64,000 nucleotides of DNA from Mobula hypostoma (Eukaryota). The stretch is from the NCBI RefSeq assembly GCF_963921235.1, contig NC_086097.1, positions 119,724,001 to 119,788,000 on the forward strand. Direction: 5' to 3'. Below, one piece after another: positions 1 to 14,000 of this stretch. Made by a program: the position numbers and the translations under genes. The notes beneath the pieces are model-generated. The model searched no databases. It had not been told where the DNA came from and saw nothing but the letters and a program-made list of their open reading frames with translations. Numbering within the stretch: position 1 is the stretch's first letter; every line of letters starts with the position of its first letter.

Positions 1-254
1 GTACACTCCCTGAACCCCCGTTTTCTACAATCACTTATTACCTCACCACTTACCATGCATTCCATCCTAATGGCTTGCTTGCTTTCCCTGAGGTATAATG
101 CTATAAACTGAATTCTCTTAATATAGTCCAGTCCATCAATTCAAAGCAGTCCTTTGCCTCCCTTTCAGCAACCAGTCTTGTCATCTGCGAAACTCTTAAT
201 TATGTTCTAAGCCCATGGCATACAACCTTTCTTCATTAAAAAAATCCCCAATTC

Positions 255-345
255 TCACCGAAGGGCCTCTGCCCGGATTGTCAACTGTACTCTTTTCCAT
301 TGATGCTGCCTGGCCTGCTGAGCTCCCACAGCATTTTGCGTGTAT
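255..345 (+). mobile_element. Penelope-like element terminus (degenerate, hammerhead-like motif)
   Basis: gaagggcctctgcccg..tcaactgt..gatgctgcctggcctgctgagctcc..gcattttg matches the terminus attached to the GIY-YIG ORF end at 15465-16062. Confidence 0.6.
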
Positions 346-1139
346 TCGTTTTTCACACTGATTCTTTTAATGTTATTTGGCATTGCCCTTCAAAGCTTGT
401 CAGAAACTAAGAATAATTTCAGAAATATTTTTGCTATCTTAATTGAAGTGACAAATAAGAAATATAATATAATGGAGTATGCTTACAATGTTTTAGCCCA
501 AATGGCACTGTGTTCTCTCTTCAAACATCAGAATGATACCCATCTCTGATGTAAACTTGTAACCATTTTTCTTCTTACACTAAATGAGCTTGTTCCATTG
601 GCATTGATTACGTTGTGGGATTGTGCCTGTTGAAAATGGGAGGATGAACTATTTCAGTGTTCTATATGCACGAAAAATCACTAATCTATTCTTATGAAAA
701 ATTTTACAATTGTGTTATGCAAAAGAAAAACTTAAAGCAAGTTTTTTCTAGATTGACAATACATACATCATACACCTACATACAATTGTACCTAGAGTCA
801 ATTTATGCACATACAATCAATGTATACAAGTTAATCTTATGTAATTATATTTATTATTTTTTATTGTGCTCTTTATGCATATTGCATATTTTTATGCTAC
901 ATCACATCTGGAGTAATAAACATTTTGTTCTCCTTTACACTTTTGTACTGAAGAATGCCAATAAACAATGTTGAATCATTGCATAATAGCTTCTAACAAG
1001 TCAACTAAGAAAAAAAAACCTTGTATCCCACTAAATTGGCCTGATTATGAAGCAATTGTCCAAGATAAAACACTAGACTAGAGCATCAAGCTCCGTCTTC
1101 ACACTGAGGAATTCTTCACATTGATGTGTAATAACCAAC

Positions 1140-2500
1140 TCATCAAGTTCATTGTCATCTTACTACACATTTACACAACTAAACGAAACAATGTTTCTCC
1201 AGAAAATAATGCAACCATTGTACATGTATCACACACAACACATTAAACAAGTATTACCAAATAAGCTAATAAAATACGACTCAAAATGTATGTGAAGGGT
1301 GCAGCACAGGTAAACAGCTCGTTGTCCTAGTGATGAGAACTTGGTGGTGGTAAGGTACTCATTAATCTCACAGCCTAGGGGGAGAAGCTATTACCTACTC
1401 TAGCAGTTCTAGTCGAATGCTCTTGTAGCCCTTTCCTGATGGTAGTGGGTCAAAGTGCAGCGGGTGGTAGGTATCCTCAAAGCTTCCGGCCCTTTGTATA
1501 CATCCCGGTAAATGTCACAACTAGGGGCAGGAAGACTGGTGATCCTCTCATCAATTTTCACTGTCCTCTGTAGCGTCTTGCTGTTGTTGTTGTTGTTCGT
1601 CCTTCGTAGTCGAAGATGACCATGGCTTCAAAGTCAAATGGGACATTGGTGTCTGTGGGTCCGGAGGTGACTGATGAGGCCAATCTGGGCCCTGAAGGCT
1701 CGCCCACATGTGGGACATGAGTGGGTGGGTGCTGTCGTGGCAGTGGATGCTGCTCGGGCCTTGCGCACAGCACGCTTTTGTTGCGCCTCGATGATGCGCC
1801 TGACTTCAGCTGCACGGGCTCCTGTGGTGATCTTGCTGCGCCAAGCTGGACGGTCGAGGTCAAGCGTCTCCCACGTGTTGATGTCGACACCCAGGCCTTT
1901 GAGGGACACTTTCAGGCAGTCTTTGTAACGTTTCTTCTGCCCCCCCGACTGAGCACTTGCCCTGACACAGTTCTCCGTACAGCAGCTGCTTAGGCAATCG
2001 GCTGTCTGGCATTCTGACCACATGTCCAGCCCACCTGGCTTGGGCTTTCAGCAGGAGGGTGTAGACGCTGCAGAGCCCAGCTCGTTCCAGGATTTCCGTG
2101 TCGGGGACTTTGTCCTGCCACCTGATGTGGAGGAGTCTGCGGAGACAGTTCAGGTGAAAATGGTTGAGCTGTTTGGCGTGTCTGCTGTAGACAGTCCAGG
2201 TCTCGCTGGCATAAAGGAGGCTGGTAAGGACCACTGCACAGTAGACCTTCAGCTTGGTGGTAAAGCTCAGTCCTCTCCGCTCCCAGACGTTCTCACGGAG
2301 TCTCCCAAAGGCGGCGCTGGCTTTGGCAATCCTGTTGTTGACCTCAGCGTCTATAGCATCTTGCAGCTTTTGTACCATACAATGATGCAGCCAGTCAAGG
2401 TAGAAAGATGTTAGGATGGGGAGGGGACTTACATATCTCAGTCTCCTCAGATAGTGTAGATGCTACTGAGCTTTCTTGATTAATGAGAACTCATTTTCTC
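1140..2500 (-). mobile_element. Degenerate Rex1/Babar-like LINE 3' fragment, split by the RTE insertion
   Basis: Sequence either side of the RTE (e.g. taccatacaatgatgcagccagtcaag) resembles the antisense of the Rex1 RT C-terminus at 24.8-25.1 kb. Confidence 0.45.
1582..2350 (-). mobile_element. RTE-clade LINE, 5'-truncated
   Basis: ORFs give IDAEVNNRIAKASAAFGRL, LLYASETWT, RWAGHVVRMPDSRLPKQLLYGEL and a C-terminal CPTCGRAFRAQIGLISH zinc finger; (CAA)n tail; approximate TSD ctgtagcgtcttgc (1568-1581) / ctatagcatcttgc (2351-2364). Confidence 0.9.
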
Positions 2501-5500
2501 AGCATTATGTATTTTGATATAGGTAGATTTTTTCCAGTATATTTATTGCTTCCTACTGTAGAATTGCACAGTTAGAAAAGTAGGGATGCCAGGGAGAATA
2601 GTTGAATACTCCTCATGCAGGATGGAGAAGGCAGGGAGACCTCCAGTGTCACTAACAACTTCATCTGCAAGAAGTGCGTCCAGCTGCAGCTTCTAACATT
2701 CCACATTAAGGAGTTAGGGCTGGAAATGGATGAACTCCAGATCATTCGGAGGCTGAAGAGGTGATAAATAGGACATATAAAGGAGGCAGTTACACCCAAG
2801 GTGCAGGACACAGGAAGCTGAGTGACAGTTAGGAGGGTGAAAGGGGTTAAGCAGTCAATGCAGAGGACCACTGTGGCCATTCTCCTCAACAACTGGTATA
2901 CCACTTTGGATGCTGTTGGTGGTGTCGGGGTAGGGTGACCCAGAAGGGAAAAGCCACAGTAGTCAGGTCTCTAGCACTGACTCCGGCTTTGTGGCTCAGA
3001 AGGAAAGAGGAGAGAAGGGTCGAGCTCTGGTGGTAGCAGATATTTTAGTCAGGGAACAGAAAGGAGGCTTTGTGGACAAAAATGAGACTCCTAGGTGGTA
3101 TGTTGAGTCCCGGGTGCCAGAGTGCAGGACATCTCAGATCACTTCCTCAGTATTCTTAAGTGGGAGGGTGAGCAGCCGGAAGTCATGATCCATGTCGGTA
3201 CCAAGTAGGAAGAGGGACAAGGTTCAGCAAAATGGGTTCAGGGAGTTAGATGATAAGCTAAAAGACAGGATCTCCAGGGTTATCATCTCAGGATTGCTAT
3301 CCATGCTGTGTGTTAGTAAGCCCAAAAATAGGGAGATCATACAGCTTAACATGTGGCTAAGGAGTTAGTGTAGGAAGGAGAGTTTCAGATTTTTGGATCA
3401 TTGGCTCTCTTACAGGGACCTGTACAGAAGAGGACTAAACTGGCGGGTGTCTAATTATCCTGCTGAGAACATTTGCTAGTACTGCATGGGGGGAGGGAGA
3501 AGAGTTGAAACTACAGTTGCAGGGGGGTGGAAACCAGAGTACTAGAAAAGATAGTGGAGAGGTTGTGGAGACAGATGTTGTTAAGACCTCGGACAAAGTC
3601 AGGAAGTAAATGGCTGAGCTTGGTGGAACCATTGTCCTGAGTTCCACATATTTCAGTGCCAGAAGTATTGTGCAGAAGGCAGATAAGCTCAAGGCAGATG
3701 AGCTCAAGGCATGGATCATCACATGGAATTATAATATTCTAGCCATTAGTGGAACTTGGTTGCAGGAGGGTCAGGAATGGCAGCTCAATGTCTTGGGGTT
3801 CCGTTGTTTTGGTCCTGATATATCAGGAGGGATTAAAGGGGGAGTGGTGATATTACTAGTTAAGGAAAATATAAGGACAGACTGGAAAACTTGTCTAGTG
3901 AGGCTTTATGGGTGGAATTGAGGAATAAGCAAGGCATGGGGCTATATTATAAACCATCCAAAAGTCCATGGGACTTAGAGGACCAAATTTGTAGAGAGAT
4001 CGCAGACTGTTGCAACTTTCCGCATATTGACTGGGACTCCAATACAGTAAAAGATCTAGGTAGGATAGAGTTTATCAATTGTCTTCAGGAAAAATTCCTT
4101 AATAAGTATATAGAAGTCATAACAAGAGTGTGTGTTACTTGAGCTCCTATTAAGGAATGAGACATGGCAAGTGACAGAAGTTTGTGTAGGAAAACACTTT
4201 GCATTTAGTGATCGTAATATCATAAGTTTCCATAAAGGAAAATGATAAGTCTGGTCCTTGGGTTGAGATTCTAAATTGGAGAAAGGCCAAGTTTGATGGT
4301 ATCTGAAAGGATCTAGTGAGTGTGGATTGGGGCAGGCTGTTTTCTGTCAAAGGTACACTTGGCAAGAGGGAAGCCTTCAAAAGTGAAATTTTGAGAGTAA
4401 AATACTTGTATGTGCCTGTCAGAATAAAAGGCAATGATAAAGATGTCTCTTGAAAACCAACAGGTTGGTTTTCAAGAGACATTGAGGTCCTGGTTTAAAA
4501 AATAGGAAATGCATAGCAATTATCGGCAGGTAGGAACAAATGAGGTATTTGAGTATAACAAATGCAAGAGAACACAGAAATGCAGAGGAAGAATCAGGAA
4601 GGCTAAAAGAAGGCATGAGGGTGCTCTAGCAGACAAGGTGGAGGAGATTCCCAAGGGCTTCTGTAGATATGTTAAGAGCAAAAGGATTGCAAGGGACAAA
4701 ATTAGTTCTCTGGAAGATCAGAATGATAATCTATGCATGGAGCCAAAAAAGATGCAGGAGATTGCAAATGGATTTTTTGAATCTGTACTTAATCGGAAGA
4801 TGAACACAGAGTCTATAGAACCAAGGCAAAACAGCAAGGTCATGGATCCTATATAGATTACAGAGGATGAAATGTTTGCTTTCTTGAGACAAATCAGGGT
4901 GGACAAATACCCGAGGCCTGACAAGGTGTTCCCTTGGGCCCTATGGGAGGCAAATGCAGAAACTGCAGGGGTTCTAGCAGATATATTTAAATCAGCCTTA
5001 GTGACAGGTGAGGCACCAGAGGATTGAAGGATAGCTAATATTGTTCCACTGTTTAAGAAATGCTCAAAGAATAAACCAGGAATTTATAGGCCGGTGAGCC
5101 TGAACTCAGTAGTGGGAAATTTATTGGAAGGTAATAAGACTGGATATATCAATATTTGGCAAGACAAGGATTGATTAGGGATAGTCAGCATGGCTTTCAG
5201 CATGGTATGTCATGTCTAACCAATCTTAAAATGTATTTTGAGGACGTTACCAGGAAAATTGATGAACGTAAGGCAGTGGATGTTGTCTACATGGACCTTT
5301 CAGCAAAGCATTTGAAAAAGTCCCGCATGGGAGGTTGGTCAAAAATGTTCAATTGCTTGGTATACAAGATGAGGTAATAAATTAATTAGACATTGTCTTT
5401 GTGGAAGAAACCAGAGAGTGGTAGTAGAAGGGTTATCTCTCTGACTGAAGGGCTCTGACCAGTGGAGTGCCACAGGGAGCAGTGCTGGGCCCATTGTTAC

Positions 5501-6394
5501 CTGTCATCCGTATCAATGATCTGGATGATAATGTGATTAACTGGATCAGAAAATTTCCAGATGATACCAAGGCTAAAGGTGTAGTGGATAACAAGAAAGA
5601 CTGTCAGAGATTACATTGGGATCTGGACCAGCTGAAAAAAATGCCTGAAAAGAAAAGGCAGATGGAATTTAATGCAGACAAGTGTGAGTGTTGTACTTTG
5701 TGAGGACCAACTAGTGTAGGTCTCACACAGTGAGCAGTACGGCACTGAGGAATGCAGTAGGACAAAGGGATTTGGAAATACAGATCCAAAATTCAGTGAA
5801 AGTCATGTCAACAGGTAAATAAGTTTGTAAAGAAAGCTTTTGACACGTTGGCCTTCATAGATTGGAGTATTAAGTACAGGAGTTCGGATGTTATGCTGAA
5901 GTTATTTAAGATGTTGCTGAGGCCTAATTTGGAATATTGCATGTAGTTTTGGTGACCTACCTACAGGAAAGATGTAAATAAGATTGAAAGAGTACAGAGA
6001 AAATTTACAAGCATGTTGCCTGGAATTGAATGACCAGGATTCAATAGGTTAGAACTTTATTCCCTAGAACAGGCAACCCCAATAGGCAGACCACGAGCCA
6101 GGTCCGGACCGCAAGAACCAACTGTCTGGACCGCGCTGACCCATTGGCACTTAGGTGAACACACCTGTCATAACATGTAAATAAAGCGCGTGCTGCTCTA
6201 ATTTAGTTTAACCTCATCCCACACCGTACACTTGACCTTCGCCCCCATAGAACGCGCGACCTACTGCGCACTCTCTACGGTCCTCGACTAGACAGCGGCA
6301 TGAACCAGCTACCCGCCTGTCATCTAAGAAGCGAATCTGTCATCTAAGCGAATTGCTACCAGCAGTAAGTCACAGACCCTAAACCAAGAATTAA

Positions 6395-9300
6395 ATGGCC
6401 TGTGTGAAAAAGCACAAAGTCAACCAGGAAAACTGTCAGTTCAAATCTGACTGGACTGATCAGTTTTGTTTTATTTTACCGAACCATGCCAATGTTAAAC
6501 CAACATGCTTAATATGCATGCAGTTCGTAGCTGTCTGCAAATTAGAAAATCTAAAGCGGCATTTCAACATTATGCATGCTGCCAGTTTTAATGCCAACTA
6601 CCCTGCAAAATCAGATCAACGCAAACAAAAAAATTGCAAATATGATAATATCATACAAGCACTCCAATTCTACTATCTGTAAGTCAACATCTGCACAAGA
6701 GAGCACAACAGCTGCATCATTGCATGTGTCATGGAATCTTGCCAAAGCTAAGAAGCCATTCGCTGATGCAGAGTTGATTAAAACGTGTGCAGTTGATAAT
6801 GATTGGCCAAGTTTTAAGTCATGATGAGAAAACCAAGAAAACGGTTGTGGAGCTATTAAAGACGGTGCTATTGTCGGCTAACACGGCAACAAGAGGAGTA
6901 GAAGTTTTAGCAGAGGAGTGTTTTTCCAATCTGCTCACTGATTTGGAGAAAGCAGAAGTCATATCACTACCTATGGACTCGTCCTGTGACCGAACCGATA
7001 TGGAAGAGCTGTCTGTGTTCCCAAGATTTTTTGATGGAAAGATCTTTTGGGAAGAGCTACTTTGATTGCTTCCTCTGCCTGGGCGCACAACTGGGGAAAT
7101 AATTTTTAACAAATTGACACAGTTCTTTGAGAAGAATGGCTTGGATGTGAGCAAAATTGTGTCCGTTGTCACCGATGGGGCTCTGTCGATGATGGGACAA
7201 CACAAGGGCTTGGTAAGCAGGTTTGCTGCTGTTAACCCAGCACTCTTGGTATTTCATTGCATTATTCACAAATCAGTGTTGTGTGCTACTCTGCGTGGAG
7301 AAATGAAAGAGGCGATGGATACTGTGACGAAACTGGTAAATTTCATTCGTGAGAGTTCTAGTCTGCAACATCGCCTTTTCAGAGCATTGCTGGAGGAAAC
7401 GTCAGCAGAATACAAAGATCATTTGCTGCATAATGATCTTCACTGGCTGAGCAAAGGCTGTGTGTTGGAGAGGGTGTGTGACCTGAGCGATAAGCTGGTG
7501 TCATTTTTATCCAGCCTGCAGAGCCAGAAAGCCCAAGGATTTAAGAGGTTTTAATGAAGTGATGGCACATTTTTTTTTGTGTGACATCATGTCTTATCGA
7601 AATCAACTTAATCTGCAATGACAAGGCAACAACCACACTGTTGCGGACATGTATGAAACGATTGAAGCTTTCCGGTCGAAGCTGAACTTTTGGAGAGAGA
7701 CATTCACGGAAGAAAGTTGCACTTTCCACCTCTGCAGGAGCATTGCGAGAAGAACGAAATGCAGGAGGATCCAGTGATGAAGGATTTCGTGATGAGCCTG
7801 GCAGAAAACTTCAGGGAATATAGAAACATAGAAACATAGAAAATAGGTGCAGGAGTAGGCCATTCGGCCCTTCGAGCCTGCACCGCCATTTATTATGATC
7901 ATGGCTGATCATCCAACTCAGAACCCTGCCCCAGCCTTCCCTCCATACCCCCTGACCCCCGTAGCCACAAGGGCCATATCTAACTCCCTCTTAAATATAG
8001 CCAATGAACTGGCCTCAACTGTTTCCTGTGGCAGAGAATTCCACAGATTCACCACTCTCTGTGTGAAGAAGTTTTTCCTAATCTCGGTCCTAAAAGGCTT
8101 CCCCTCTATCCTCAAACTGTGGCCCCTCATTCTGGACTTCCCCAACATCGGGAACAATCTTCCTGCATCTAGCCTGTCCAATCCCTTTAGGATCTTATAT
8201 GTTTCAATCAGATCCCCCCTCAATCTTCTAAATTCCAACGAGTACAAGCCCAATTCATCCAGTCTTTCTTCATATGAAAGTCCTGCCATCCCAGGAATCA
8301 ATCTGGTGAACCTTCTTTGTACTCCCTCTAAGGCAAGGATGTCTTTCCTCAGATTAGGGGACCAAAACTGCACACAATACTCCAGGTGTGGTCTCACCAA
8401 GGCCTTGTACAACTGCAGTAGTACCTCCCTGTTCCTGTACTCGAATCCTCTCGCTATAAATGCCAGCATACCATTCGCCTTTTTCACCGCCTGCTGTACC
8501 TGCATGCCCACTTTCAATGACTGGTGTATAATGACACCCAGGTCTCGTTGCACCTCCCCTTTTCCTAATTGGCCACCATTCAGATAATAATCTGTTTTCC
8601 TATTTTTGCCACCAAAGTGGATAACTTCACATTTATCCACATTAAATTGCATCTGCCATGAATTTGCCCACTCACCCAACCTATCCAAGTCACCCTGCAT
8701 CCTCTTAGCATCCTCCTCACAGCTAACACTGCCACCCAGCTTCGTGTCATCCGCAAACTTGGAGATGCTGCATTTAATTCCCTCATCCAAGTCATTAATA
8801 TATATTGTAAACAAATGGGGTCCCAGCACTGAGCCCTGCGGTACCCCACTAGTCACCGCCTGCCATTCTGAAAAGGTCCCGTTTATTCCCACTCTTTGCT
8901 TCCTGTCTGCTAACCAATTCTCCACCCACACCAATACCTTACCCCCAATACCGTGTGCTTTAAGTTTGCACACTAATCCCCTGTGTGGGACCTTGTCAAA
9001 AGCCTTTTGAAAATCCAAATATACCACATCCACTGGTTCTCCCCTATCCACTCTACTAGTTACATCCTCAAAAAATTCTATGAGATTCGTCAGACATGAT
9101 TTTCCTTTCACAAATCCATGCTGACTTTGTCCGATGATTTCACCGCTTTCCAAATGTGCTGTTATCACATCCTTGATAAATGACTCCCCTAAACTCTCAG
9201 GTGACATCCTCCTCTTGCTGAGACAGCCGTTCTCCGTTTCGGCTGACAGCCAGTGGACAGCCGAGGCCAAAAGGCTGGTGCCTTCCATAGATGAGGCAAC

Positions 9301-9616
9301 TCTTCAGGTGGAAGTCTTGGAAATGGGAACATGTGATTTGCTCAAAGCACAACACAAGGACATTGGGGGAGTGACTTTTGGATCAAGGTTGTTCCCCAAG
9401 CTCAGTTCAAAAACACAAGAGCGAATGCAATGCTCCTACTCACACTGTTCCTCTTCACGTTTTCTTCAATGAGCTCTATCAAGAATCAGGACAGAAACAG
9501 ACTCTCCAATGCACATCTTGGCCAGTGCCTCAGGATTGCCACAACAGAATACAGGCCCGACATCAGAAATATTGCCTCAACCCATCACTGTTATTTCTCT
9601 CACTGATTGGTGAGTG
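6395..9616 (+). pseudogene. hAT transposase pseudogene (GTF2IRD2/SPIN-like), split by CR1 at about 7818-9180
   Basis: BED-type finger CLIC..LKRHFNIMH; DDE-region motifs SLPMDSSCD, VSVVTDGA, FHCIIH, HWLSKG; frameshifted. Confidence 0.88.
7818..9180 (-). mobile_element. Young 5'-truncated CR1 LINE with open RT frame
   Basis: Uninterrupted frame with QHGFVKGKSCLTNL, VYLDFQKAFDKV, GVPQGSVLGP, KFADDTK, RPHLEYCVQFWSP; 8-nt microsatellite tail (atagaaac)n at about 7818-7842. Confidence 0.95.
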
Positions 9617-10761
9617 ATTCAATTTATTTTTGTCCATTTGGCAATCTTATTGTGGTATAATAATATTACAACAACAATAATACTGAATATTTCATTTATA
9701 GCTACACTTCATGCTTCAAATGCTACATAGCTTAATTAAAAAGAACAAATAGATTAAATGAGAGAACAGAAACACTGGAAAAGGCAGCACTACTAAAACT
9801 CTTTGTATAGAAGAGAATTGTTCTTTGTGGAAGAGAAGAGGCGGAGGGGGAGAGGGAGAGATATTGAGAATGAGAATCCCAGGCATAAATTACTACTACT
9901 ACTAATAATAACTGCAACAACAACATATACCCATAAAACATCTTACTGGCGCAATAAAAAAAAAACCCTGGGCGTTTTGGCCCTTGGCTTGGCATGTTTG
10001 ACATAATTTAGCCTTTGTGGAAAACTAATTGGGGAACCCTGCCCTAGAATGTTGAAGATTGAGGGGAGATATATGCAATATTAAGGAAGGTATAGAGATG
10101 GCAAATGTAAGTAGACATTTTCCACTGGGATTAGGTAAGACAAAAACTACAGGTCATGGGTTAAGGGTGAAAGGTGAAATTTTAAGGTGAACATGAGGGG
10201 AAACTTCACTCAGAGAGTGGTGCGAGTGTAGAACAGGATGCCAGTGCAAGTGGCAAATGCGATCTTGGTTTCAATGTTCAAGAGAAGTTTGGATAGATAC
10301 ATTGAGGGCAGGGGTATGGAGGGCTTTGGTCTGGGTGCAGGTCGATGGGAGTAGGCAATTTAAATGGTTCAGGCCAGATTGGATGGGCTGAAGGAACTGT
10401 TTCTATGCTGTAGTTTTCTATGGCCTTTTGATTCTGTTGTATTTGTTTGTTCTACTGTGAATGCCTGCAATAAAATGAATCTCAGGGTAGTAAATGGTGG
10501 CATCCATATATTTCAATAATAAATTTAGTGTGAACTTTAAATAATTTCACTGTCTGAAAAGATAGATGATGTAGATCTACCAGCAACATGGGGCATCTGT
10601 GAAATGCTGTGTGCTCTCAGCAGCAAAAAAAGTGATGTTTTCTTAGTTATATTTTCAATAGCCCCATATTTGATCTCGTAGCTTAATTGTTATTTTTTTT
10701 CTGCCTGTTGTGAGGTATCCAGACTAATAAAGCAAACACTCTCTACATCTCTGTGTGTGCT

Positions 10762-11000
10762 TGATGCACTATCAATTACTCCCAAAGACTGGAAGTAGAG
10801 TAAATACTGAAAGGCTTTTATTAACAGTAAATGGACCAACGTCCATGCTGTGTCTGTCCTGGACCGAGGGAGGAGCAGTGACACAATCGCCTTTGTTCAG
10901 GGGTCTGTGGGAGGAGCCACAGGAGCAGTCAGCAGAGGGGCGTGTCCAGACATGTCCAGACAGGTAACCCAGTTACAACATATATACAAGGTTTACCACA
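10762..11000 (-). repeat. 3' LTR (239 bp)
   Basis: Direct repeat of 14967-15207; about 6 substitutions plus one 2-bp indel by eye. Confidence 0.95.
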
Positions 11001-11069
11001 TTCACCCCTCCTTTTTTTAAAAAGAGTCCTGCGGGGTGAAGTGACTGACAATATTTACAAGAAGTATAT

Positions 11070-14000
11070 TTACAGGTTAAGTCTATCAGGCGGTCGAGTC
11101 CGTCGCTGTGATCTACGCAGCACCGGCGGTGATTGCACCGGCGATGGCAGTTGTGCTGGCTCCAGCCTGACTTCAGGTGCCAGCACGTTAGGCGTCAGTA
11201 ATCCTTCGTGCATGTGCGTCGCGCCCGGTATGGGAGTGTCGTGTGGTGTCTGTGTAGGGCTTGGAGTGCGCAGTGTGTCGTGGATATACATATCGGTGGG
11301 TACGGGGTTAATAGTCACCACGGAGTGTTCAGGGTAGGGGCCCGGAGCTCCTGCGGGCGCCAGGTCGCGGATGGAGACCGTGACCTCCCGCCCATCAGAT
11401 CAAACCACGCAGGCATACTGGGGGTTCGCATGAAGTAAGTGAACCCTCTCGACTATCGGGGAGTATTTATTGCTCCTCGCATGTTTCCGGAGCAGCACTG
11501 GCCCCGGGGACATCAGCCAAGATGGTAGGGTGGTTCCAGTGGTCGATTTTCTGGGAAAAGAAAAGAGCCGCTCATGAGGGGTGGCATTGGTGGACGTGCA
11601 TAACAGGGAGCGGATGGAGTGGAGTGCCTCGGGAAGGACCTCCTGCCAGCAGGAGACCGGCAGTCCCTTTGACCTGAGGGCTAAAAGTGTGGCTTTCCAC
11701 ACTGTGCCATTCTCCTCCTCTACCTGTCCATTCCCCCGGGGATTATAGCTCGTGGTCCTACTAGTTGGAATCCCCCTAGCCAGTAGATATTGGCGCAGCT
11801 CGTCACTCATAAACGAGGACCCTCTGTCACTGTGGATATAGCATGGGTATCCGAACAGAGTGAAGAGCTTGCACAGGGCTTTTATAACTGACGTGGTAGT
11901 GGTGTCGGGGCAGGGGATGGCGAAGGGGAACCGCGAGTACTCATCGATTACGTTAAGAAAGTACACATTGCAGTCGGTGGAGGGAAGGGGGCCCTTAAAG
12001 TCGATATTCAATCGCTCACAGGGGCGGGTGGCCTTGATTAGTTGTGCCTTTTCGGGTCGGTAGAAGTGCGGTTTGCACTCTGCGCAGACTTGGCAGTCCC
12101 TGGTCATTGTCCTGATCTCCTCAAGGGACTAAGGCAGGTTCCAGGCTTTCACAAAGTGGAAAAGCCGGGTGACTCCCGGGTGGCAAAGATCTACATGTAG
12201 GGCGTATAACTGGTCGATCTGCACGCTGACGCGTGTTCCCCGGGATAGGGCATCGGAAGGCTCGTTGAGCTTCCCAGGCCTGTACATGATGTCATAGTTG
12301 TAGGTGGAGAGTTCGATTCTCCACCTCAGAATTTTATCATTTTTGATTTTGCCCCGCTGTTGGTTACTAAACATGAACGCAACTGAGCACTGGTCAGTTA
12401 GCAGGGTGAACTTTTTGCCGGTAAGATAGTGCCTCCAGTGCCTAATAACTTCCACTATGACCTGGGCCTCTTTCTCCACCGCGGAGTGCCGAATTTCAGG
12501 GCCTTGAAGGGTACGGGAGAAGAACGCCACCGTTCTCCCGCCTGGTTGAGGGTAGCAGCCAGTACGAAGTCGGTGGTGTCACTCTCTACTTGGAAGAGAA
12601 TGGCCCCATCCACCGCATGCATTGCTGCTTTGGCAATGTCCCCTTTAATGTGGCTGAAGGCCGCGCAGGCCTTGGCTGAAGGGAATGTGGTGGACTTGCC
12701 CAGGGGTCAGACCTTGTCTGCATAGTTAGAGACCCATGGGGCATAATATGAAAAGAAGCCCCTGAGGGCTTTTGAGGGCTCTGAAGGTGTTGGGAAGAGG
12801 GAGTTCCAACAGGGAGCGCATACGTTCGGGGTCAGGGCCAATGATTCCATTCTCCACGACACATCCAAGGATAGCAAGTCGGGTGGTCCCAAATACACAC
12901 TTGTCCTTGTTACAGGTGAGATTGAAAGCTTTGGCCGGTTGGAGAAATTTTCGCAGGTTGTTGTCGGGATCCTGCCGATCGTGACCACAGATGGTGATGT
13001 TATCCAGATATGGGAACGTGGCCTTCAGTTGGCACTGGTCCACCATCCGGTCCATTGCCCTCTGGAAGACAGATACACCATTTGTGACACCGAAGGGGAC
13101 GCGCAGGAAGTGATAAAGCCTGCTGTCTGCCTCGAAGGCGGTGTAAGGGCGGTCCTCCCGGCGGATGGGGAGCTGATAGTAAGCGGATTTTAGGTCTATG
13201 GTCGAGTACACCTTGTACTGTGCTATCTGATTGACCATATCCGCGTTGCAGGGCAGAGGGTACACGTCGAGCTGCATGAACCTATTGATGGTTTGGCTAT
13301 AATCCACGACCATCCAATTTTTCTTCCCGTTCCAAACAACCACCACCTGCGCCCTCCAAGGACTTGTGCTTGCCTCAATGATCCCTTCCCTGAGGACCCC
13401 TGCACCTCTGACTTAATGAAAGCTCTGTCCCCCGCGCTGTACCTCCTGCTTTTAGTTGCCACAGGTTTACAGTCGGGGGTCAGGTTGGTGAACAGCGGTG
13501 GGAGAGGGATCTTGAGGTTGGAGTGGCCACAAGTGGTGTCCGTAGTGTGGCTGTTGGCATGATGTTGGGTGGGATGTGCGGGTCGGTGTGTGGGGGTGGT
13601 CAGTAATGGGGTATGTGATGTATTCCTACAAAACTGAGGATTTATGACAGTGATTGGTGGGAAGGGCGCATCATACTCCATTGTCACGCTTTTCAGGTGG
13701 CTCTGGAAGTCCAACCCCAACAGCACAGGGGCACACAGTTGAGGCAAGACCAGTAAGGTAAAGTCTCGCTATTCTGTGCCCTGCACCACTAGCGTCACTA
13801 CACAACCCCCCCGGATGTCTGTTGTATGCGACCCAGAAGCCATGGCGACCCTCTGGATTACCGGCCATGTCACGAGTCCGCGATGCTGCACCGTGTCCGG
13901 GTGGATAAAACTCTTTGTGCTGCCCATGTCAAAAAGGCAGCTTGTCCTGCGCCCTTCCACCAAGATGTCCATCATTGACCTTGCGAGCTGGCGGGGAGCG

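Larger units (their letters stand above)
6070..10041 (+). mobile_element. hAT DNA transposon, Buster/Charlie/SPIN-like
   Basis: 8-bp TSD ccctagaa (6062-6069, 10042-10049) with central TA; imperfect TIRs caggcaaccccaat / attggggaaccctg; transposase remnants inside. Confidence 0.92.
2570..10425 (+). mobile_element. Near full-length decayed CR1 LINE (ORF1 zinc finger/esterase, ORF2 endonuclease-RT), interrupted at 6070-10041
   Basis: ORF1 remnants CKKCVQLQLL and ALVVADILVR; ORF2 fragments YNILAISGTWL, NFPHIDW, SQHGFQHG, VDVVYMDLS, PQGAVLGPLL, KFPDDTK; resumes after the hAT at 10050 with a CR1 3' end; many stops and frameshifts. Confidence 0.9.

Noticed and set aside
7895..9010. 230-aa and 134-aa plus-strand ORFs
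   Set aside because: Antisense shadows of the CR1 RT frame.
7918..9288. 456-aa ORF as a novel chimeric protein
   Set aside because: The first about 36 residues are antisense hAT transposase read through by chance into a 5'-truncated CR1 RT.
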